From the NCBI GenBank assembly GCA_037133015.1, contig JBAXOX010000010.1, positions 11,210 through 75,209 of the forward strand: 64,000 bases of DNA, read 5' to 3'. This stretch comes from Acidobacteriota bacterium (GTDB lineage: Bacteria > Acidobacteriota > Vicinamibacteria > Vicinamibacterales > JAKQTR01). The notes beneath the pieces were generated by a model. The model was not told where the DNA came from. It saw only the letters and a list, made by a program, of their open reading frames with translations, and made no database searches. This document shows, piece by piece, positions 58,092 to 64,000 of this stretch (its first letter is position 1; the number at the start of each line of letters is the position of its first letter). Both the position numbers and the translations under genes were made by a program.

Positions 58092-59360
58092 CTACCGGCC
58101 GGCTGCTACCCGTTTGCCGATGCAGTACAGGTACTTGGTCGTGCGCAGGAAGATCTGTCCGTCGGAGATGGCCGGCGACGCGAGGGTGTAGTCGGCGAGG
58201 TCGTTCTCGGCGAGGATCTTGAACTCCGGGCCGGCGGCGATGACCGTCGTAACCCCGTCCTCGCTGGTGAGGTAGACCTTGCCGTCGGCGATGACCGGCG
58301 ACGCGCTGTATGTGCCGGGGCGAATGCGCTGGGCGCTCCAGAGTGGCACGCCCGTTTTCGCATCGCGGCACCAGACCAACCCTCGGTCGTTCAGGATATA
58401 GATGAACTTGCCGTCACTGGCCGGCGTCGGAACGTCCGGACCCTGGTCGGTCGACCACGCCTTGTGGGACGTCGTGATGTCGCCCCGTCCGCCCGTGCGG
58501 AACGCGATGAGCGGCCGCACCCGCGACGACACGTAAATCATGCCGTCTGCCACTACCGGGGACGCGACGACGCGGTAGTTCCGGTCCTTGTCCGGGTTGA
58601 GACCACCGGCCCGCCAGATCTCGGCGCCGGTGGCCGGATCGTGCCCGGTGACGTAATCCCCGCCGCTGATCACGATGTCCTCGCGAGGGCCGTCACGCAG
58701 CAATGCCGGCGTCGTGTAGGCGTCGTGCGACTCGGACACCGCGTCGGTCGGCCGCTCTACTCGCCAGCGTGTCTTGCCTGTTTGTGCATCGATGCACAGG
58801 ATGTAGGACGCCGCGTCGGTCTTCATGCCGTGAAGAACTTGCACGTAGAGGGCGTCCTTGAACAGCAGCGGCGACGAAGCGTAGCCCCAATTCAGGCCGA
58901 AGCGGCCGTAGTCCTTCTGGATGTCCCGCGCCCAGATTTCCCTGCCGGCCACATCGAACGCTTTCAGAATCCCGGTGCCCGTCATCACCCACACGTGCGT
59001 GCCGTCGGTGACCGGCGAGGGCGACGACATGTTCTGCTTTCGAACCTTGGCGTTGCCGGTACCCAGGTGCGCCTTCCAGAGCTCGGTACCCTTGTTGCGA
59101 TCCACACACAGGAGGTACAGGTCGGTGCCCTCGGCCGCACTGAGGAAGATGCGGTCGTTCCACACGACCGGCGTCGATCCGGAAAAGTCCAGGAACCCGT
59201 ACTTCCAGGTGACGTTCTCAGTGGCCGTCCACGTGACAGGCACGTGCCGTTCGTTGGCAACACCGTTCATGGTCGGCCCGCGCCAGTTCGGCCAGTTTTC
59301 GGCCAGGCACACGGCGTGGGCAGCCAGGACGAGCCCCCCGATGATGACGAGTCGTCGCAT
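58092..59360 (-). CDS. PQQ-like beta-propeller repeat protein (BamB-like fold), exported
   Basis: Trimmed to ATG 59360 (MRRLVIIGGLVLAAHAVCLA, then ENWPNWRGP typical of this family). Repeated propeller blades (...DAQTGKTRW, ...DPATGAEIW, ...DAKTGVPLW). Confidence 0.85.
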   Translation of the reverse strand: MRRLVIIGGLVLAAHAVCLAENWPNWRGPTMNGVANERHVPVTWTATENVTWKYGFLDFSGSTPVVWNDRIFLSAAEGTDLYLLCVDRNKGTELWKAHLGTGNAKVRKQNMSSPSPVTDGTHVWVMTGTGILKAFDVAGREIWARDIQKDYGRFGLNWGYASSPLLFKDALYVQVLHGMKTDAASYILCIDAQTGKTRWRVERPTDAVSESHDAYTTPALLRDGPREDIVISGGDYVTGHDPATGAEIWRAGGLNPDKDRNYRVVASPVVADGMIYVSSRVRPLIAFRTGGRGDITTSHKAWSTDQGPDVPTPASDGKFIYILNDRGLVWCRDAKTGVPLWSAQRIRPGTYSASPVIADGKVYLTSEDGVTTVIAAGPEFKILAENDLADYTLASPAISDGQIFLRTTKYLYCIGKRVAAGR

Positions 59361-59525
59361 GGAAATGTCGTCTCCCGAACGGTGCTGATCATACGCGTAG
59401 ACGGATACGAGGGTGCGGATATTGTACGGTGACGGCGTCGTGGACCGGGCGCAGGGGTAACTGAGAGCTGACCTGGCACATTTCAAGGTGGCGATCGTGG
59501 CCGACCCAAACCGCAGGAGGGACTC

Positions 59526-60152
59526 GTGGCGCTTGTGATCTTTCTGAGAGGGGTCAATGTCGGAGGTCACAGGACCTTCAGACCCACCGTTCTCACCGCC
59601 CAACTTAAACACCTCGACGCGTTCAACATCGGTGCGGCCGGCACCTTCGTCATCCGGCAACCCGTTTCGATGGCGCGGGTGCGCGCCGAATTCGCATCCA
59701 GGCTTCCCTTCGAGACGGAGGTCGTGATCTGCGAGGGTCGCGAGATTGTCAGGCTGATGTCTCAAGATCACTTCGCGGACCAGCCCAGCGGATCCGACAC
59801 CGTACGCTTCGTGAGCGTCCTGTCCAGGAGCCCTCGCCTGGCGCCGCAGATGCCCATGAGCTTTCCGTCGAGTGGTCCGTGGCTGTTGAAGATCCTCGGC
59901 AGGGACAAGCGGTTCATCTTCGGGCTGTACCGGCGCCAGATGAAGGCCATCGGCTACCTCGGCATGCTCGACCGGGTCTTTGGCGTACCGGTGACGACAC
60001 GCAACTGGAACACGATGACCGCGATCGCAAGGGTCTTGGGCCGAGGAGCGATCGATCGACAGGGGCCTCAAAGATCGAAGGCAGGCGCGGCCGCCAGACG
60101 GACGCGTGCCGCCGGCGGCGCACGGAGTGAATCGGTGAGGCGCCGCGGCTGA
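59526..60152 (+). CDS. DUF1697 domain protein
   Basis: The N-terminus VIFLRGVNVGGHRTF matches the DUF1697 signature (LLRGINVGG). About 208 aa. GTG start. Confidence 0.75.
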   Translation: MALVIFLRGVNVGGHRTFRPTVLTAQLKHLDAFNIGAAGTFVIRQPVSMARVRAEFASRLPFETEVVICEGREIVRLMSQDHFADQPSGSDTVRFVSVLSRSPRLAPQMPMSFPSSGPWLLKILGRDKRFIFGLYRRQMKAIGYLGMLDRVFGVPVTTRNWNTMTAIARVLGRGAIDRQGPQRSKAGAAARRTRAAGGARSESVRRRG

Positions 60153-60187
60153 TCGTCAAGTGGACCGCGCTGCGCGTCATTGACCGG

Positions 60188-60739
60188 TTACCAGCTTGAA
60201 CGACCGCCCTTCTCACGCAACGCGTGCAGGTCGGCAAAGAACTTGACCACCGCCGGGTCGTTCATGAATTCGTAGCGGTAGTTGGGGCCGTAGTCGACCC
60301 AGAGCTCTTCGCCGGCGGCGATGTCCCTCAGGGCCAGAATCCTCACGAATGGCGCTTCACAGATCTTCTCGAACTTCACGTTCTGGAACTCGGCCGGGGC
60401 GTAGTTCATCCGCGTGAACACGTTGCCCTTGATGCCGTCGATGGTCGTGATGCCGCCTGTGTGCGGTTTGGCGCAGTCCAGCAACCCCATCATGTATTGC
60501 CAACGGTCTGCTTCCAACCGGCGCTGGTACTCCTCGTCGGTGATGAATTCCCCAGCGTAGGCCCCGAGGTAGGCGCCCTTCGGGATTGTCACCTTCGCGT
60601 AGACGCCGTTTCCCGCATGAGGAATCGCCGACGTCCTGATGTCGAGGTTCTTCTCGTAGGCGGACTGGCCGAGGGGAAGCGCGACGGTTGTCGCGACCGC
60701 GACGGCCAGAAGGAGGTAGCGGAACCTGGCTCGCGTCAT
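60188..60739 (-). CDS. SET-domain protein with N-terminal signal/anchor sequence
   Basis: Trimmed to ATG 60739 (GGAGG SD). MTRARFRYLLLAVAVATTVALPLG hydrophobic N-terminus. SET-like core (GNGVYAKVTIPKGAYLGAYAGEFI ... RMNYAPAEFQNVKF ... RDIAAGEELWVDYG). Confidence 0.8.
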   Translation of the reverse strand: MTRARFRYLLLAVAVATTVALPLGQSAYEKNLDIRTSAIPHAGNGVYAKVTIPKGAYLGAYAGEFITDEEYQRRLEADRWQYMMGLLDCAKPHTGGITTIDGIKGNVFTRMNYAPAEFQNVKFEKICEAPFVRILALRDIAAGEELWVDYGPNYRYEFMNDPAVVKFFADLHALREKGGRSSW

Positions 60740-60874
60740 CTTCGCCTCCAGTTGGTGGGCTCTTCCCTCGTCCTGTGGTTCTGTCGGCGCCAAGATAGCA
60801 CACCTACTTTCGGCCATGGGGGTGGGTCGGCCCGCCCGCTACGTCCCGGTACGGTTCAGTCATTCAGCGTCCTT

Positions 60875-61072
60875 TCAGTCGCGATCGTGCTGCTCCTCAG
60901 TGGGGACGTCGGCCTCGGGGAGCTGTCGGACCTCCCGGCCATCGTAGACCCAGAGCTCGCGGTCGATCGCCCGTCCGTTGGCGCTACCGGCGCTGAACAC
61001 CAGCTCGTTGCCGAACCGGATGAACCTGGACGGCGACGACAGGGGTCCTGAACACCGCCGCGGCGCATCCAT
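60875..61072 (-). pseudogene. Possible remnant of an ELWxxDG-repeat protein gene
   Basis: The short ORF encodes ...FGNELVFSAGSANGRAIDRELWVYDGREV..., matching the ELWxxDG(T) repeat pattern. It has no credible start or upstream context. A second, more degenerate unit lies about 210 bp upstream. Confidence 0.4.
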
Positions 61073-61196
61073 TCAGCGTCTTTTCTGTTGGGGTCATGCT
61101 TCTGCCCAGTTGGGTCGGTCGTCTGGAGTGAATTCACCAAATTGGGACACGGTGGCGACGTGCCTCGATGCCGCTGACAGGGTAATGGCACGAAGT

Positions 61197-62186
61197 TCAT
61201 CGTTGGCCCACGGTTTGGAACCCGCGAACAGGAGCGCACGGGTGAAAAGCGAACATCCTGTGTGGCCGTTCGTCGGCGCCATAGGCCGCTTCCAGGTGGC
61301 TGCGAATCAGATTCAGGTGTTCCATCGCAACGCGTCGACCCAGTTCCACCAGATAGGGCATCGCCTCGGTATCGAATAGACCCACGCGTTGTTCCATCGT
61401 GGGAATGATGCTGATCAGGTTCATGCCAGATGCTCTTGCCGCATTCAGGTTGGCGTGCATCAGGTTGTTGGTCATCGCCGAGGTGACCCGGCCCAGCAAG
61501 CGCGAGGGGCCGTCAACCCGCCGTGGCATCGGCGCGTCAAATCCCAGCGCCACCACGGCGGCCGCGTCCGCGGCCACACTCAAAGGCAGGGGATTCGAGG
61601 CGAAGCCATCCATCAGACGGCGTCCGTCGATCGTCACGGGGGAGAACAGGAATGGCATGGCAATGCTCGCACGTAAGGCTTGCACCAGGCTGCCCCTGCT
61701 CAGCGATACGCAGTCGCCGGTTGCCGTATCGGTGGCAACAACTCGCAGTGCGGTTGGAAGCTCCTCGATGCGGGTTGCACCAAAGGCCTGATTGAGCCGC
61801 TGCATGACAAGCGCGTCGTCGCGCAGACCGAATTCTTCGTTGAAGCCGCACAGTTTGGGCATCAACATCTGTGAAATGGCCCGTAACCGGCGCCGACGGG
61901 TGACGTCGGGCGACCACAGCCTGGCGGCAAGGGAGACCGCCTCATGCGCGCTGTGACCGGAGGCCATCAGTGCTCCAAACATGGCTCCAGCGCTACAGCC
62001 CACGATCAGGTCGGGCTGCAGACCTTCTTGCTGCAGCACCTCGAACAGTCCCAGGGCCACAATGCTGCGCACCCCACCGCCGCCCAGAACCAGCGCGAAT
62101 TGAGGGGCTGACGGCTCTTTGACCGGCACCTGGTCGTACGAGACTGGCATGGCACCCTGTTCCGGGAAGGTGATCACGTCACGCAT
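61197..62186 (-). CDS. Patatin-like phospholipase
   Basis: Trimmed to ATG 62186 (GGGGAGG SD). Oxyanion GGGGVRS and nucleophile GCSAG motifs. A DGF segment (RLMDGFASNP) is the Asp of the dyad. The start overlaps the GNAT gene stop by 8 bp. Confidence 0.85.
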   Translation of the reverse strand: MRDVITFPEQGAMPVSYDQVPVKEPSAPQFALVLGGGGVRSIVALGLFEVLQQEGLQPDLIVGCSAGAMFGALMASGHSAHEAVSLAARLWSPDVTRRRRLRAISQMLMPKLCGFNEEFGLRDDALVMQRLNQAFGATRIEELPTALRVVATDTATGDCVSLSRGSLVQALRASIAMPFLFSPVTIDGRRLMDGFASNPLPLSVAADAAAVVALGFDAPMPRRVDGPSRLLGRVTSAMTNNLMHANLNAARASGMNLISIIPTMEQRVGLFDTEAMPYLVELGRRVAMEHLNLIRSHLEAAYGADERPHRMFAFHPCAPVRGFQTVGQR

Positions 62187-62832
62187 GGGACCTCCCCGGC
62201 ACCAGCCATTGCGACAGGAACCCAAGGGGGCCGGGCTTGGTGGTGTTGACCAGAGCGGGCGCATTTGCAAGGTTTCTCACCACCCGAACCAATCCCCACT
62301 CCACGCCAGCGGTCGACTGGTAGAAACCTGTCTTGTGCATCAACCCCAGCATCGCCCTGTTGTCGCCCAGAACATCACCCCACAGCCTGTCCAAACCCCG
62401 CAGTGTTGCGGCCTTGCACAGCCCGGACATGGCGTGTTCGGCAATGCCCCGGCGCTGCCAGACGTCAGACACCGCGATGGCGAACTCCCCGCCTCGCTGG
62501 CTGGGATCGATGACGTAGCGAGCATCGGCGACGATGGTCTCCACCCCCTCGCTCACGACGGTGACGACCAGTGCAAGATGCTTGTCGTAGTCGATCTCCG
62601 ACAGGTAGTTCAGGGTGGTGGGCGACAGCGTGTTGACGGCGCCATGGAAGCGCATCCGGCGACTCAGCGGGCTCAGGGATGAGAAGAACTCCTGCAAAAG
62701 AGGCTTGTCCTGGGGCAGGACGGGACGCAGCACGAACAGCTCGCCTCTCTTGTTGCGCCAGATGTCAATTAGGGTCGTGGGATAGCGGCAGATCGCATAT
62801 CTAACAGAAGGGGCAGGAATCGAATTGGACAT
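62179..62832 (-). CDS. GNAT N-acetyltransferase, Pat-type (protein lysine acetyltransferase-like)
   Basis: LRPVLPQDKPLLQEFFSSLSPLSRRMRFHG...IDYDKHLALVV...AIAVSDVWQRRGIAEHAM...GDVLGDNRAMLGLMHKTGF resembles the GNAT domain of Pat/PatZ-type enzymes. Start is ATG 62832; 62883 is also possible. Confidence 0.75.
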   Translation of the reverse strand: MSNSIPAPSVRYAICRYPTTLIDIWRNKRGELFVLRPVLPQDKPLLQEFFSSLSPLSRRMRFHGAVNTLSPTTLNYLSEIDYDKHLALVVTVVSEGVETIVADARYVIDPSQRGGEFAIAVSDVWQRRGIAEHAMSGLCKAATLRGLDRLWGDVLGDNRAMLGLMHKTGFYQSTAGVEWGLVRVVRNLANAPALVNTTKPGPLGFLSQWLVPGRSHA

Positions 62833-63243
62833 GGCGGGCACTCCGGTTGGGGGTTTCGGGGAGCCTGGAATCGATCGATTCACTTGCCCCTTCCCTTAAC
62901 CGGACGCAACAACAGGACTGGAACTGGACATTTATTTTTCGGCCGGTGTCGAACTCGGTCGAATTCGGTGCCCAGGCGGGCAAACAAACTCGGACGAACG
63001 CCGTCATTGGCGGCCCGAAAGTCACTGGCGGAGACGAATCTTCAGGACGAGCGCGGGCAATCGTTGGAGGTGCGGTTTCGTGGTCAGGAAGACCCGGTTT
63101 TTGCAACGGATTCTTGTGGTACAGGCTCACGCCGGGTTGGATGGCAAAGACTGCGCGAGCGTTGCTGGCGTAACTCAGCCAGGCGGTTCGACCACGGGCC
63201 TCGCCACACTGGAGACGCTCATGGCGCCTTCCATGTGGTGGGG

Positions 63244-64000
63244 TTAAGGCAAACTTCTAAGTTGCTCCTGGATGTTGCGCAACATTTTCGAGTCCTCGTA
63301 CAACGTTTCGCGCAAGTGAAGTTCGGCTTCGCGAAGGTTGATTGTTGCCGCTGCCCGTTCTCCGTGATCCAGTTGGATGCTGCCCAACTTGCTGAGCGCA
63401 AGCCCGAGCCAGTAGTTGTAAGGCAAGCCGCTTTGCATCTCTCTGGCCAAGGTGACGGCTTCCTGCGCGTGCGCGTTGGCCTGATCCCACTGCTGTAATT
63501 TGCTTTCGCTCTGCGCAAGATTTGAGAGGGCAATGATGCGATCGCTGCGGTCTGATTTCGCCGCATTGACCTTCAACCATGCCCGTTGCGCAAACGTATT
63601 GGCGTTCCGGTAGTCCTGTCGCGCCCAGTAATAGTCGAAATCCGCTGCGTCCACCATGCCCATCAATGGATGACCTGCTGGCAACAGCTTCTGCAGGGCC
63701 TGGCGGGCGGCGTCAATTCGATGGCGGCAGCCGGAAAAGTCCCCGACAGAACACCAACTGCGCGCCGCCGACAGGTTGATTTGGGCTGCCTGCATCGGGT
63801 CGCCGGCGCGTGTGGCATTGGCGAGAGCACTGTCGAACAACTGTTGAGCTTGGCGATCTCGTCCGCGCTTTCTGAGACTGTTGGCGACATTCGTCTCGAT
63901 CGTCGGCAGCACGGCTTGCGTCCCGCCCAGACCACGCATCAAATCGAGTGCCTGTGTGAAGACGTCACCAGCCCGACGCAACTGTCCAGCGCTGTCCAAG
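63244..64000 (-). CDS. TPR-like repeat protein (5' end outside window)
   Basis: The ORF is open to the window end. It contains helical repeat units with conserved A/L/G spacing (…AQQLFDSALANATRAGD…, …AARQALQKLLP…, …NTFAQRAWLKVNA…). Stop at 63244. The region is visibly more A/T-rich than the rest of the window. Confidence 0.55.
   Translation of the reverse strand, partial: LDSAGQLRRAGDVFTQALDLMRGLGGTQAVLPTIETNVANSLRKRGRDRQAQQLFDSALANATRAGDPMQAAQINLSAARSWCSVGDFSGCRHRIDAARQALQKLLPAGHPLMGMVDAADFDYYWARQDYRNANTFAQRAWLKVNAAKSDRSDRIIALSNLAQSESKLQQWDQANAHAQEAVTLAREMQSGLPYNYWLGLALSKLGSIQLDHGERAAATINLREAELHLRETLYEDSKMLRNIQEQLRSLP

Noticed and set aside
59361-60071. A 237-codon N-terminal extension of the PQQ-propeller ORF
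   Set aside because: The extension precedes an obvious signal peptide at ATG 59360 and overlaps the DUF1697 gene on the opposite strand.

Overview
This is a high-GC bacterial chromosomal segment, roughly two-thirds G+C by eye. It most likely comes from an Acidobacteria-type genome, judging from TIGR03436-style VWA proteins, CarboxypepD_reg repeat proteins and many exported beta-propeller or outer-membrane proteins. That taxonomic call is inference only.

I can support about 46 protein-coding genes, 2 gene remnants, 2 intergenic tandem repeats and 2 strong hairpin terminators. I saw no rRNA, tRNA, CRISPR array, transposase or integrase.

Recognisable blocks, in order:
- 5'-truncated BNR/sortilin-like gene
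- HtrA, then RND pump, adaptor, OMF and MBL hydrolase (minus strand, 2.3-10.4 kb)
- MFS transporter and HDOD-GAF protein
- atypical racemase, Ddl-like ATP-grasp and CapA (13.5-17 kb)
- two overlapping VWA genes
- cytidylyltransferase plus flippase-like gene, convergent with a six-gene exported-protein operon (22.7-33.4 kb)
- PAS-GAF-GGDEF cyclase
- pentapeptide-repeat protein plus MFS transporter
- low-complexity PEGA protein and MepA-LysM endopeptidase
- thrA-thrB-thrC followed by an ATP-grasp and an esterase
- orphan 471-aa protein
- M19 dipeptidase, OmpA-family protein and ornithine cyclodeaminase
- qNOR
- a patchy accessory stretch (56.4-64 kb) holding gene remnants, a SET-domain gene, a GNAT-patatin pair and a TPR gene.

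The six-frame track contains many long spurious antisense or extension ORFs, as expected at this GC content. I trimmed several listed ORFs to internal starts supported by SD-like motifs, signal peptides or start/stop overlaps.

Nothing here looks like a canonical defence or mobile system. The best candidates for undescribed biology are:
- the 22.7-33.4 kb envelope operon, especially the split metallophosphoesterase/Omp85 pair
- the racemase/ATP-grasp/CapA cluster with its 95-bp tandem repeat
- the ATP-grasp plus esterase tail of the thr operon
- the decaying SET-domain region.
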